Part shown: piece after piece, positions 8,637-20,100 of the stretch
Layout of the letters: each line of letters starts with the position of its first letter
How positions within the stretch are numbered: position 1 is the first letter of the stretch
From: an uncultured Oceanospirillaceae bacterium
Lineage (GTDB): Bacteria > Pseudomonadota > Gammaproteobacteria > Pseudomonadales > Balneatricaceae
Assembly: GCA_937136055.1 (NCBI GenBank)
Contig: CAKZOD010000043.1
Location: 26,783-90,782, forward strand
DNA length: 64,000 nucleotides
Direction of reading: 5' to 3'
The notes under the pieces: model-generated
Database searches by the model: none
What the model saw: the letters and a program-made list of their open reading frames with translations, nothing else
What the model was told of the DNA's origin: nothing
Made by a program: the position numbers and the translations under genes

Positions 8637-10232
8637 ATGAAAAAAAATATAATAACAGCAGCGGTAATGGCTGGCGGTCTAATGATGGCTGGGCAATCTT
8701 TTGCTGCAGGTAAAACTCTTGTTTATTGCTCAGAAGGTAGTCCTGAAGGTTTCGACTCTTCTTTATATACTGCGGGTACTACATTTGACGCAGCTGCAAA
8801 CACAATGTTCGATGGTCTAGTTAACTTCAAAACAGGTACAACCGAAGTTGTTCCTGGTGTCGCTGAAAGCTGGTCTTTATCGGATGATGGCAAAGAAATT
8901 ACTTTCAAATTACGCCCAGGTGTTAAGTTTCACACCACTAAAAACTTCACGCCGAGCCGCGATTTAAATGCAGATGACATTCTTTTCTCGTTTAATCGTC
9001 AAAGAGATAAAGAAAACCCATACTACAAGCTTGCTAACGGTAAATTCGAATACTTCAATGCGATGGATATGGGTAACCTTATCAAAGACATCGTGAAGGT
9101 AGACGATATGACAGTGAAGTTCGTGCTTGATCACGCTGAAGCGCCAATCATTGCTAACATGGCGATGGCATTCGCCTCTATTCAATCAGCTGAATACGGT
9201 GAGAAGCTTATTAAAGAAGACAAACTAGATGATATGAACCAGAAGCCAGTTGGCACAGGTCCATTCCAGTTTGTGGGTTACAAGAAAGATTCTGTTATTC
9301 GCTATGCGAAGAACAAAGATTACTGGGGTGAAAAAGCGAAAATTGACAACTTAGTGTTCTCAATTACCACTGATGCCTCTGTTCGTTTCCAAAAAATGAA
9401 GGCTGGCGAGTGTCATGCTATGCCTTATCCAAACCCAGCAGATCTTGATAACATCAAGAAAACTGAAGGCATTACTTTAATGCAGCAGGAAGGTTTGAAC
9501 GTTGGTTACTTAGCGTATAACACTGAAATGGAGAAATTCTCTGATTCTCGTGTTCGTAAAGCACTTAACCATGCAATCAACAAAGATGCGATTAAAGAAG
9601 TGGTTTTCAATGGCTATGCTTCTGTTGCGAAAAACCCAATCCCACCAACTATCTGGTCTTACGATAACTCAACTGTCGATGACAGCTACGATGTTGATAA
9701 AGCGAAAGCTTTGCTAAAAGAAGCAGGTGTTTCTGGCTTTAAAACAAACATTTGGGCTATGCCAGTACAGCGCCCTTACAACCCTGATGCTCGTAAAATG
9801 GCAGAGCTAATCCAAGCGGATTGGGCGAAAGTAGGTGTTGATGCTGAAATTGTAACCTTTGAGTGGGGTGAGTACCTTAAGCGTTCTAAAGCAGGTGAGC
9901 ACGATACTGTATTACTAGGTTGGACGGGTGATAATGGTGACCCGGATAACTTCCTACGTGTATTGCTAGGTTGTGTTGCTAAAGATAACGGTGCCAACCG
10001 TGCACGTTGGTGTAACGAAGAGTTTGAAGCTGAGCTTCAAGCTGCATTAGTATCATCTGACCCAGCTGTTCGTACAGCAGCGTACGAAAAAGCACAGAAG
10101 ATATTCAAGAAAGAAGCGCCATGGGCTACAATAGCGCACAGTACAGTCTTCATGCCAGTTAGCTCAAAAGTAACAGGTTACAAGATTGATCCTCTTGGCG
10201 GTCACTTCTTCCACAATGTTGACCTAAAATAA
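8637..10232 (+). CDS. dppA: Dipeptide ABC transporter substrate-binding protein
   Basis: Signal peptide; 'LVYCSEGSPEGF', 'PVGTGPFQF', 'AMPVQRPYNP', 'LLGWTGDNGDPDNF'. Confidence 0.95.
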   Translation: MKKNIITAAVMAGGLMMAGQSFAAGKTLVYCSEGSPEGFDSSLYTAGTTFDAAANTMFDGLVNFKTGTTEVVPGVAESWSLSDDGKEITFKLRPGVKFHTTKNFTPSRDLNADDILFSFNRQRDKENPYYKLANGKFEYFNAMDMGNLIKDIVKVDDMTVKFVLDHAEAPIIANMAMAFASIQSAEYGEKLIKEDKLDDMNQKPVGTGPFQFVGYKKDSVIRYAKNKDYWGEKAKIDNLVFSITTDASVRFQKMKAGECHAMPYPNPADLDNIKKTEGITLMQQEGLNVGYLAYNTEMEKFSDSRVRKALNHAINKDAIKEVVFNGYASVAKNPIPPTIWSYDNSTVDDSYDVDKAKALLKEAGVSGFKTNIWAMPVQRPYNPDARKMAELIQADWAKVGVDAEIVTFEWGEYLKRSKAGEHDTVLLGWTGDNGDPDNFLRVLLGCVAKDNGANRARWCNEEFEAELQAALVSSDPAVRTAAYEKAQKIFKKEAPWATIAHSTVFMPVSSKVTGYKIDPLGGHFFHNVDLK

Positions 10233-10264
10233 TATTGTTTTAACAATGTTATTTTGATTTACCT

Positions 10265-10288
10265 ACAAACCGGCTCTTGCCGGTTTGT
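10265..10288 (+). terminator. Intercistronic stem-loop between dppA and dppB
   Basis: ACAAACCGGC-TCTT-GCCGGTTTGT; typical of partial termination or stabilisation of the binding-protein mRNA. Confidence 0.6.
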
Positions 10289-10327
10289 TTGTATCTGCTG
10301 TTCCAATTTTCTACACAGGACAAAATA

Positions 10328-11341
10328 ATGTTCAGTTTTTTACTCCGACGTTTGTTGGTTTTGATCCCGACATACATAGGTATAACTTTAACCGCATTTG
10401 CATTTATCCATGTCATTCCAGGTGACCCCATATTGATCATGGCAGGAGAGCGCGGTTTACCCGAAGAAAAGTATCTAGAGTTGATGCATGCTTATGGCTT
10501 TGATCAGCCTATCTGGAAGCAATACTTAGATTATGTCGGGCAAATATTGCAAGGTGACTTTGGTCGCTCGTTTGTGACTAATCGCCCAGTACTTGATGAG
10601 TTCATCGAATTATTTCCAGCAACAGTGGAGCTAACAATTTTCGCATTGTTCTTTGCTGTATTGATTGGTATCCCAGCGGGTATTATCGCTGCGGTTAAGC
10701 GTGGATCTGTTTTTGATCACTCGTTGATGACTATCTCTTTAGCAGGTTTCTCAATGCCGATCTTCTGGTGGGCGTTACTGTTAATTGTGTTTTTCTCTGG
10801 CTTTTTGGGCTGGACACCAGTGTCTGGTCGAATCTCAGCGATGTTCTTCTTTGATACACCTACAGGGTTTATGTTAATCGACAGCTTGATGTCTGATGAA
10901 GAAGGCGCGTTTACCTCTGCATTATCCCACTTAATATTGCCAGCTATTGCACTAGGTACTATACCAATGGCTACCTTTGCTCGTCAGAGTCGTTCTGCGA
11001 TGCTAGAAACCTTGAGTGAGGATTATATTAAAACAGCACGCGCTAAAGGCTTAAGCCCATTTAGAGTGGTTGTTGTTCACGGCTTTAGAAATGCCTTGAT
11101 CCCCGTTATTACCGTAATTGGCTTATCCGTAGGGACGCTGTTGGGGGGGGCTATTTTGACCGAGTCTATCTTCTCATGGCCTGGTATTGGTAAGTGGATG
11201 GTCGATAGTATTTTCCGTCGAGATTATCCTGTTGTGCAAAGCGGTTTGATATTGATTGCCACTATTGTGATTCTAGTTAATTTAAGTGTCGATATTCTTT
11301 ACGGTATCATCGATCCACGTATCCGCAAGAAAGGGCATTAA
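10328..11341 (+). CDS. dppB: Dipeptide ABC transporter permease
   Basis: Start revised to 'MFSFLLRR'; EAA loop 'DYIKTARAKGL'; 'RRDYPVVQ'. Confidence 0.93.
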   Translation: MFSFLLRRLLVLIPTYIGITLTAFAFIHVIPGDPILIMAGERGLPEEKYLELMHAYGFDQPIWKQYLDYVGQILQGDFGRSFVTNRPVLDEFIELFPATVELTIFALFFAVLIGIPAGIIAAVKRGSVFDHSLMTISLAGFSMPIFWWALLLIVFFSGFLGWTPVSGRISAMFFFDTPTGFMLIDSLMSDEEGAFTSALSHLILPAIALGTIPMATFARQSRSAMLETLSEDYIKTARAKGLSPFRVVVVHGFRNALIPVITVIGLSVGTLLGGAILTESIFSWPGIGKWMVDSIFRRDYPVVQSGLILIATIVILVNLSVDILYGIIDPRIRKKGH

Positions 11342-11343
11342 TT

Positions 11344-12255
11344 ATGAGTGTAGATACAGCAGTGACTGAGCCAAAACAATCAGCAATGATGGCTGCACTA
11401 GCCAGCTTTTGGTTTGAGTTTAGGCAAAACAAAGGTGCGTTGTACGGTTTAATTTTCGTTTCTATTTTAGCTATAGTTGCTATTTTTGCAGATTTTATCG
11501 CCCCGTATTCACCCATTGAGCAATACAGAGAAGTGTTAAAGCTTCCACCGGTATGGGCTGAAGGTGGGTCTTGGGCGCATATATTTGGGACGGATGCGCT
11601 AGGGCGTGATCAGTTATCAAGAATGATTCACGGATCGCGTTATTCTTTTTATATCGGCTTTATTGTTATCTTTTTCTGCTTAACCATTGGTATCGTTTTA
11701 GGTTTGATTGCAGCCTTTAACAAAGGTTTTATCGAAAACGTAATTATGCGTTTGATGGATATTATCTTGGCGTTCCCAAGCTTGTTGATGGCCTTGGCGT
11801 TAGTTGCAATATTAGGGCCTTCTCTTGAAAACGCGATGATCGCGATAGCCGTGGTATTTATACCGCACTTCGTGAGATTGACACGTGCTCAAGCGCTTTC
11901 AGAGCTAGGCAAGGATTACGTTTCATCGAGTAAAACAATGGGCGCATCAACTATGCGTTTGATGTTTATTAACGTGTTGCCAAACTGTATGGCACCGTTG
12001 ATTGTACAGGCGACCATGAGCTTTTCATCGGCGATTTTAGATGCAGCAGCACTCGGTTTCTTAGGCATGGGAGCACAACCGCCATCGCCGGAGTGGGGTA
12101 CTATGCTGGCAGATAGTCGTCAATATATTTTATCTGATCCTTGGTTGATGGGTATTCCAGGTTTAGCGATCTTGTTCACGGTACTTTCAATTAACTTAAT
12201 TGGTGATGGCTTGCGTGACGCGCTTGATCCAAAAATGAAAACATCAAAAGCATAG
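11344..12255 (+). CDS. dppC: Dipeptide ABC transporter permease
   Basis: 'FGTDALGRD', 'DYVSSSKTMGAS', 'PEWGTML', 'GDGLRDALDP'. Confidence 0.93.
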   Translation: MSVDTAVTEPKQSAMMAALASFWFEFRQNKGALYGLIFVSILAIVAIFADFIAPYSPIEQYREVLKLPPVWAEGGSWAHIFGTDALGRDQLSRMIHGSRYSFYIGFIVIFFCLTIGIVLGLIAAFNKGFIENVIMRLMDIILAFPSLLMALALVAILGPSLENAMIAIAVVFIPHFVRLTRAQALSELGKDYVSSSKTMGASTMRLMFINVLPNCMAPLIVQATMSFSSAILDAAALGFLGMGAQPPSPEWGTMLADSRQYILSDPWLMGIPGLAILFTVLSINLIGDGLRDALDPKMKTSKA

Positions 12256-12266
12256 AGGAGGCGATT

Positions 12267-13916
12267 ATGAGTGAAAGTAAAACAGCGAAAGAAGCAATTC
12301 TGACGATTAATAATTTATCTATTAGTTTGCCTTCAAGAGCAGATCGACCGTTTGCGGTTGATGATGTGAGCTTTGAGTTATTCGCCGGCGAAATTTTATG
12401 TATTGTGGGTGAGTCTGGTTCAGGTAAGTCAATGTCTTCCAATGCGGTGATGGGGCTGTTACCTAAGCCGCACGTGAAAGTTGCAAAAGGAGAAATCTTA
12501 TTTGAAGGCATGGATCTTGCCAAAATAGATAACTCAAAGATGCAGTCTATACGTGGTCGTAAGATTGGTATGATCTTCCAAGAGCCAATGACTGCACTAA
12601 ACCCAGTGATGAAAGTATCTAAGCAGCTTGAAGAGGTCTTTCAAAGTCATCACTTGAAGTTGTCGCGTAGCGAAATCAAAAGCAAAATTATTGAGATGCT
12701 TGATGATGTGGGGTTACCTGATCCGCAAATTATTGGTGATAGCTATCCATTTGAGTTGTCGGGCGGTCAGCGCCAACGTGTAATGATTGCAATGGCGTTA
12801 GCGCTTGAACCGGATATTCTTATTGCCGATGAGCCAACAACGGCACTTGATGTAACGACACAAGCACAAATTCTTAAGTTAATTGCTGAGCTACAAAGAA
12901 AGCGCAACATGGGTGTTATCTTTATTACTCATGATTTTGGCGTGGTGGCAGAAATAGCTGATCGTGTCATCGTGATGCAGCTTGGAAAAATTGTTGAGCA
13001 AGGCACTGCTGAGAAAATTCTTAACACCCCTGAGCATCCTTATACGCGAAAGCTAATTTCAACGGTGCCGAATTTAGGTGCTGTTAAAAAAGCGGCGATT
13101 GATTCTGAAGTTGTGGTCAGTGTTAAGCATCTTTATAAAACCTATGGAGAAGAGAAAAAGAGCTTCTTCGGTAAAGCCTCACGTGTGGTGCATGCATCAA
13201 AGGATATTAACTTTGATATTCGCAAGGGCGAAACGCTCGGTTTAGTGGGTGAATCTGGTTCAGGTAAGTCAACAGTGGGCCGCTGTATTATTCGTTTGCA
13301 CGAATCAAACAAAGGCGCTGTTGAGTTTCAAGGGCAAGATATCTTAGGTTTAACAAACGCTGAAATGATGCCAATTCGTCAGCATATTCAGATGATTTTC
13401 CAGGATCCTTATGCCTCTTTAAATCCGCGTCGTAAAATTGGCGATATCATCACAGAGGGGCCAACAATCCACGGCGTCCCTAAAGAGCAGTCATGGAAGA
13501 AAGCTGAAGAGCTTCTTGAGATAGTGGGTTTAGATAAATTCGCCCTTAAACGCTATCCACATGAGTTCTCAGGTGGTCAAAGACAGCGTATTGGTATTGC
13601 TCGTGCACTGGCAATGTCACCTAAGCTGTTAATTGCAGATGAAGCGGTGTCCGCTCTTGATGTCTCAGTACAAGCGCAAGTGCTTGAGCTATTAGATGAG
13701 ATTAAGCATAAGATGGATCTTGCCATGTTGTTCGTTACGCATGATTTGCGCGTTGCAGCGCAAGTTTGTGACAACATAGCAGTGATGAAGCTTGGTGAAG
13801 TTGTTGAATATGGTAATACCTACGATGTGTTTCATAATCCCCAGCACGAATACACTAAAAGTTTGTTAGACGCTGTACCTGGTAAAGAGTGGCAGGTGCC
13901 GACTTTTACTGACTAG
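12267..13916 (+). CDS. Peptide ABC transporter ATP-binding protein, two fused ATPase domains (DppD-DppF-like)
   Basis: Two Walker A motifs (GESGSGKS) and two signature motifs ([16 protein letters not shown]). Confidence 0.93.
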   Translation: MSESKTAKEAILTINNLSISLPSRADRPFAVDDVSFELFAGEILCIVGESGSGKSMSSNAVMGLLPKPHVKVAKGEILFEGMDLAKIDNSKMQSIRGRKIGMIFQEPMTALNPVMKVSKQLEEVFQSHHLKLSRSEIKSKIIEMLDDVGLPDPQIIGDSYPFELSGGQRQRVMIAMALALEPDILIADEPTTALDVTTQAQILKLIAELQRKRNMGVIFITHDFGVVAEIADRVIVMQLGKIVEQGTAEKILNTPEHPYTRKLISTVPNLGAVKKAAIDSEVVVSVKHLYKTYGEEKKSFFGKASRVVHASKDINFDIRKGETLGLVGESGSGKSTVGRCIIRLHESNKGAVEFQGQDILGLTNAEMMPIRQHIQMIFQDPYASLNPRRKIGDIITEGPTIHGVPKEQSWKKAEELLEIVGLDKFALKRYPHEFSGGQRQRIGIARALAMSPKLLIADEAVSALDVSVQAQVLELLDEIKHKMDLAMLFVTHDLRVAAQVCDNIAVMKLGEVVEYGNTYDVFHNPQHEYTKSLLDAVPGKEWQVPTFTD

Positions 13917-13938
13917 TCTTGAATAGAAGTGTCCCATT

Positions 13939-13965
13939 AAAAAACCGGCAATTGCCGGTTTTTTT
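13939..13965. terminator. Bidirectional Rho-independent terminator
   Basis: AAAAAACCGGCAATTGCCGGTTTTTT between the convergent dpp ATPase and GNAT genes. Confidence 0.85.
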
Positions 13966-13993
13966 GTGTTTGTTGGTTATACAAGATTTGCCG

Positions 13994-14521
13994 CTATATA
14001 TTAGGGTTTTCTATTTTGAAAAAAGGGAGTTCTTGTTCGTAGGCCATTATAGTGCCGCGACGCGTTAAGCCTGCTTTTTCAAGTGAGCGAATTGAACCTA
14101 TATTGCGCTCATCAACCACCCCTGTGACTTCTTTTAAGTTCAGCTCATCAAATGCATATTTAACCATGCGTGTTGCCGCTTCGCCGGCGATACCTTTGCC
14201 CCAAAAATCTGGCTTAATCCAATAGCCAGTTTCAATATTATCCGTAGGCTCTTGAGTGGGCATAGGTTTTAGCAGGCACATGCCAACACAGGTTTTACCA
14301 GAGTTGTATATTAGCCAATAGCCCAAGCCGTTGGTGTTGTTGAATCGGTGGATAGCTGCCAGTTTTGTTATTACCTCTTGATCGCTGTAGGCGCTGCCAT
14401 TGATATAGCGTTGTACTCTGTCGTCTTGCATCATTTCAATTAAGTGGCCATTTGCCTCAGGGCAGTCAGTTACAGGTACTAATGTAAACCGGGTTGTTTT
14501 TAAAACAGGGTTGTGTTGCAT
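13994..14521 (-). CDS. GNAT N-acetyltransferase (RimJ/RimL family)
   Basis: 'IETGYWIKPDFWGKGIAGEA', 'NIGSIRSLEKAG'. Confidence 0.88.
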   Translation of the reverse strand: MQHNPVLKTTRFTLVPVTDCPEANGHLIEMMQDDRVQRYINGSAYSDQEVITKLAAIHRFNNTNGLGYWLIYNSGKTCVGMCLLKPMPTQEPTDNIETGYWIKPDFWGKGIAGEAATRMVKYAFDELNLKEVTGVVDERNIGSIRSLEKAGLTRRGTIMAYEQELPFFKIENPNI

Positions 14522-15011
14522 GTATGGCTCGCTGATTGATGATAAATAAATCGGGTATGGATAAAAAACTTAAGCTAAACATAGCAGTTTAATGCACTTT
14601 GGAAATATTTTATCCGTGAAAACTTGATAAAGGGCAAGTTGTTGAGGCAATAGGCTGCCGCTTATTTGAGCATTTGGCCTGTGCATCTACCCAAGAGTAA
14701 GTCCGATTATGAGCGCATCGGGTGTTGAATGAAATTTATACGCTTTAAGCGTGTTGATTTTAAACGGCAAAAGTAGAGCGGTCAGTCGTTCTCTAAAAAC
14801 ATGTGCTACGCATAGCATTGTAAGTCCTTGTGGTTTTGTCATTAAACGTTTCAGTGACTTCATCAAATTTTTCTGGAATTGATTGATTAAGATGTTGATA
14901 TATTTGAGATGTTTTTAATTTCTCGGATATTGGCCTGTTATTTGCTTTAGATTGGGTGTGAAGGCCATTTATGAAGCCATAGCATTAATTGATAACTTTA
15001 AAGAGGGCGTT

Positions 15012-15206
15012 ATGTCATATATTGAAGCAAGTTGCTTAAGTGCGATAACGCGATCCCAGCATATCTGTTATCAGGAGTTAACAGAGGCGTTTGAGCGTCT
15101 TGGTTATAATTTCTCAAGTAATAAGCGCTCTGATGAGCGATGCACTAAGTCATCGCCCTCAAAAGCTGAGGGCGTATCTTTTATTGCCAATCAACAGGCG
15201 AAGTAG
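15012..15206 (+). CDS. Small hypothetical protein (64 aa)
   Basis: Internal ATG of the track ORF 14952..15206, preceded by AAGAGGG; fills an otherwise empty gap; no recognised family. Confidence 0.35.
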   Translation: MSYIEASCLSAITRSQHICYQELTEAFERLGYNFSSNKRSDERCTKSSPSKAEGVSFIANQQAK

Positions 15207-15229
15207 CCATTTTGCAAATGCATACTACC

Positions 15230-16945
15230 TTAAGCTGATCGAATATTTGTCAGTAGCGAAAATAAGCTTTTACCTTCCCATTCATTGAGCTGGCGATTAT
15301 CTAGCAGTTCTTGCATTTCGGCTAATAGCACATTGAGCGATGGGTTGTTGGCACACAGGGCAATATCTTGGATACTGTCGACAGGTTGTTCAAACCAGTA
15401 GTAATCACCCCATTCAATTAAGCGTCTATTTGCAGTACTCAAATCATTATCTAAGCAAGCTCTCCCCAGTAACTGAAAGCTGTTAAGCTCAGCTTTTGCG
15501 TTAAATTGCTTTTGCTCATCCGGTGCAATATCAAATTCGGCATTATCTTGAGAGTGAGGCTGATTAGTGCCGTGGTTAATGGTTTCGGCAATTGCGCTAT
15601 CGCTGATCGTTGGATCTTGATTAAAGCTCTCTTCACGCTTTTCGCTGAGGCGTCTCATCTTGATAAAGTTGTACAGCCAGCCGATAGCACTCACAGAGCA
15701 GAGAGCCAAAAGTGCCCATATAATCCAGTTGTTGCTGGTTTGGATGACGTTGATATCATTGTTTTTATTAATGCTGGCGGCGTTTTGGGCAATTTCTCGC
15801 TCGATAGAAGACTCTCCATTAGCACCCGGTAAAACTTGCATAATTTGCCTAGGGATAACAGCTTGTTGCTGGCTATCTGAAGTCGTACTCCACCAAAATA
15901 TATCTATTTTAGGAAAAGTCAGTTCGCCGCGCTCAAGCAACTGAATTTGCTGTCTTTCAGTGCGGGTGCCTTGGATGCCATCTTTATTGATGGTATCTGT
16001 GAGTGTCGTTTTGCTATCTTGGATGTTAATGATTTCAGGGTTTTGGCTGATGATAGCGGGAAGATCAGCTGCGCGAATTCCTTTGGCGCTCAAACTCACT
16101 TCACGATATATTACATCGCCGACTTTCAGGTTTTGTGCTTTTGTCCACTGCTCGTTAATTGTGACCGATTTCGCTGCAAGCCAGTAGGTTGCGTTGTTAA
16201 AATCTTGACGTGCTCTGACGTTTATTTCTAAATTGTTTGCGCGCACTAATGTGCTGATGCCATCTTGTTGGGCGCCTGTAAATATCGGTCCTTCGATAAT
16301 GTAACGGCCCATTTCCGCTGGGAATACTGCGTAGCGCTGTTCTATCACGTTGTATTCTTTGTTGCGGATTGTGATGAGCTCAACAGGGCCTTGCTCAAGT
16401 AGCTGGATATCACCTTTTTGTAACTTAGGGGATGTTATTTGAAAACCCTCAGCGAGGGGGCGATCAGAATAGATATTCAAAGTGTATAGAAACAGGGCGC
16501 CTTCATAGCTGTCATCTTTATCAAGCTGAGCATCTAAGATAATTGGCATATCGCTGACAGGTAAAAAGCGGGTAGGGCTAGAGCTCTTAATGAAAATGTT
16601 AAAAGATTCACTGCTTTCTTGGTTGTAGCTCAAATTTGGGATTTGCACGCTACCCGATTTTCTAGCGCGCAATAGAATATTCCAACGTACTTTCGCAGTG
16701 CGTTTACCCTCTGCATAGCTGTTAATCGTCATCTTCTTTTGATCTAAAATGATGAATTGGGCGAGTAGTGGGCTGGTATCTAAAGCAGTGTCAATTGGGT
16801 TGTCTGATTCAACGCTTAAAGCGATATTGTCGCTAGGTGCATACTGGTTTCTATTGGTGTTGACCGTCAGTTGGGCGCTTGCTTCAAAGCTGAATATAAA
16901 AAGTATTAAAAAACCGACTAAAGTTTCGAAAGTTGCCTTTGACAT
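15230..16945 (-). CDS. BatD family protein
   Basis: Signal peptide, repeated Ig-like BatD segments ('YNVIEQRYAVFPAEMG', 'WLAAKSVTI', 'LTFPKIDIFWWST') and a C-terminal TM helix. Confidence 0.8.
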   Translation of the reverse strand: MSKATFETLVGFLILFIFSFEASAQLTVNTNRNQYAPSDNIALSVESDNPIDTALDTSPLLAQFIILDQKKMTINSYAEGKRTAKVRWNILLRARKSGSVQIPNLSYNQESSESFNIFIKSSSPTRFLPVSDMPIILDAQLDKDDSYEGALFLYTLNIYSDRPLAEGFQITSPKLQKGDIQLLEQGPVELITIRNKEYNVIEQRYAVFPAEMGRYIIEGPIFTGAQQDGISTLVRANNLEINVRARQDFNNATYWLAAKSVTINEQWTKAQNLKVGDVIYREVSLSAKGIRAADLPAIISQNPEIINIQDSKTTLTDTINKDGIQGTRTERQQIQLLERGELTFPKIDIFWWSTTSDSQQQAVIPRQIMQVLPGANGESSIEREIAQNAASINKNNDINVIQTSNNWIIWALLALCSVSAIGWLYNFIKMRRLSEKREESFNQDPTISDSAIAETINHGTNQPHSQDNAEFDIAPDEQKQFNAKAELNSFQLLGRACLDNDLSTANRRLIEWGDYYWFEQPVDSIQDIALCANNPSLNVLLAEMQELLDNRQLNEWEGKSLFSLLTNIRSA

Positions 16946-17166
16946 CGTTAAGTTCGCATTAATTGAGCCGTGACTATTGGCTGGGTAAAAGTAATATGTT
17001 ATGAATTATCATTGAAGATAAGGGATAGTGCAATCATACGTCAAACATAATTAAAATATTGATATAAAGAACAAAAAAATGCACTTGAGAGAAGATTGAC
17101 TGGCAAAGCTAGTCTATACTTAGCTCACGAATACACTGAACTAAAAAACCTAAGGATTCGCAGACG

Positions 17167-20100
17167 ATGCCAACAGAAATCGGAACAATCAAGGCTTCAC
17201 TACTTAAAGAACTTAACGAAGAGTTAGATAGCAAATTATCAGGTACTAAAGCTCAAGCCGTTAAGCAATTTGCACAAGCCTATTACGCCGCCGCTTCAGA
17301 ATCAGATCTTGAGGCTTGGCGCCTAGATGATCTCTATGGTGCTACATTAGAAGCTTGGCAGTTTATTCAAAATTATCAAGGAGATGCGCCATCAGTTAAG
17401 GTGTATAACCCACGATATGAAGAGAATGGCTGGCAATCGACACATACCTTTATAGAAATTCTGCAAACAGATAAACCATTCTTAGTTGATTCATTACGCA
17501 TGGAGTTAAATCGCCGTAATTTGACGATTCATGCCATCAACAACACAGTGTTAACAACGTCCCGTGAAGAGTCTGGCAAGTTAAAGAAATTGCTTGATGG
17601 AAAATCAAAAGTGGCTAACAAAGGGCGTGAGTCTTTAATCTCAGTTGAGGTTGATCGTCACTCTGATGTTGAAGACTTAAATGATCTGTGTGAAACACTG
17701 ACAGAAATTTTGAACGAAGTGATTTCAGTTGTTGATGATTTCCCTGCAATGGTTGAGCACTGTGAAAGCGCTATTAGCAGTTACGCAGGTAAAATAGCCA
17801 ATGTCTCTGTTCACGAAGTAAAAGAGACACGTGATTTCTTAACCTGGTTGAAAGATCATTTTACCTTCTTGGGTTACGATGAATACAAAGTAATCAAGAA
17901 GGATGGTAAAACAGAGCTTGTTGCCGTTGAAGGCACGCAGCTTGGCTTACTTAAGCAAGGTGGTAACGAATACTGTCAGTCAAAAATATTCCATGAAATT
18001 TCTGAAGATGTGGGCGGCGATGAAGCCGATTTTATCACGTTCTCAAAAGCCATGGCCAAATCACGTATCCATCGCCCATCGCACCCTGATTATATCAGTA
18101 TTAAAAAGCTGGATAAAAATGGTAAGTGGATTGGCGAGCTGCGCTTCTTAGGTCAGTACACTTCTGCTGTTTATAACAAAAGCTCTTCATTGATTCCGCT
18201 AGTTCGTAAAAAAGTAGAATCTGTCATGGCGCGTTCTGAATTGCCGCACGGTGGCCATAACTGGAAAGAGTTGCTGCAAATTCTTGAGATTCACCCGCGC
18301 GATGAGCTGTTCTTGACCGCGGAAGATGAATTGTTCGAAATGGCCATGGGTATTTTGCAGATTCATGAACGCCGTCAAATTCGCGTCTTTATCCGTAAAG
18401 ATAAAGGGGCTCACTTCTTCTCATGTCTTGTATACGCACCACGTGATGTCTACAGCACAGAGTTTAGGGTGAAAGTTGAGAATATCTTAAAAGAATCGCT
18501 AGGTTGTGATTTATCAGATTTCCATACTTATTTCTCTGAGTCTATTCTAGCGCGCACACAGTTCACACTGCGAAGCTCGCAGGGCAACGTAAACCCAAAC
18601 ACTGATCTAAAATCGATTGAGAAACTCGTTCGCCAGGCATCGCGTAGCTGGCATGATGAGCTGAGACTTTCATTGATTGAAAAGATGGGTGAAGAAAAAG
18701 GGTTGCTTGCCTATAACCAGATTGGTATCAACTATCCAGCAGGCTATGCGGATATGTTTACTCCGCGCACGGGCGTGGCGGATATCGGTTACATGCTTGC
18801 ACTAACGGATGAGAATCCACTGTCTTTAAGTTTTTATCGCCAATTAGAAAATGAAGGTAATGAGTTAAACTTAACCCTTTATAATATTCATGAGCCATTA
18901 CCGCTATCTGATGTCCTTCCTGTGTTGGAGCACCTTGGCTTGCGTGTTATTGATGAACATCCGTACCGTTTACAATCAGGTGATGATGTCATTTGGTTGC
19001 ATGACTTTAACTTGGTTTATACAGGTTCCGATAAGATTGTTGTTAAAGATCATCGCTTATCTTTCCAAGAAGCCTTTTTGGCAATTTGGAACAAGCGAGC
19101 ATCATCAGATAACTTCAACCGTTTGATTTTGGGAGCTAAGTTAGGCTGGCGTGACGTTGTTCTTTTAAGAGCTTATGCTGCTTATATGAAGCAAATTCGC
19201 TTCCCTATCAGTACTGATGCGATTATTGCTACGCTTAATCAGCATACACCGATTGCTAAGAACTTAGTTAACCTGTTCCATGCATACTTTGAACCTAGTA
19301 AGGCCTCTGAAAAGAAAGCACAGCAACTAGAAGATAAACTGGTGGCTAGCTTTGATGAAGTATCAAGCTTAACGGATGACCGTGTGTTGCGTCAGTATTT
19401 GGCGTTAATCAAAGGTACTGCGCGTACTAACTTCTTCCAGCAAGATGCTACTGGACAATCTAAATCTTATGTGAGCTTTAAGCTTAAGCCGCAAGAGATT
19501 CCAGGTATTCCTTTACCTGCACCATTGTTTGAAATATTCGTTTTCTCTCCACGTGTCCAAGGTGTGCATTTACGCGGTGGTAAAGTTGCTCGTGGCGGAT
19601 TGCGTTGGTCAGATCGTGCAGAAGATTTCCGTACAGAAGTACTGGGTCTTGTAAAAGCTCAGCAGGTTAAAAATGCGGTTATCGTCCCGGTTGGTGCAAA
19701 AGGTGGTTTCGTTCCTCAGTTAATGAACGACTCTATGAACCGTGAAGAGTTTTTAGCGGAAGGTATTGCCTGTTATAAAATTTTCATCAGCGCATTATTA
19801 GATATTACCGATAACTTGGTTGATGGTAGCGTTGTTCCACCGACCAATGTCACTCGTCGTGACGAAGATGATCCATACTTGGTTGTAGCAGCCGATAAAG
19901 GCACAGCAACATTTTCAGATATTGCCAACGGCATTTCTGATGAATATGGTTTCTGGTTAGGTGATGCATTTGCATCAGGCGGCAGTGTTGGCTATGACCA
20001 TAAAGGTATGGGTATTACTGCAAAAGGTGCTTGGGTATCTGTTGAACGCCATTTCCGTGAAATGGGCATTAATACTGCGAAAGATGAGTTTAGCGTTATC

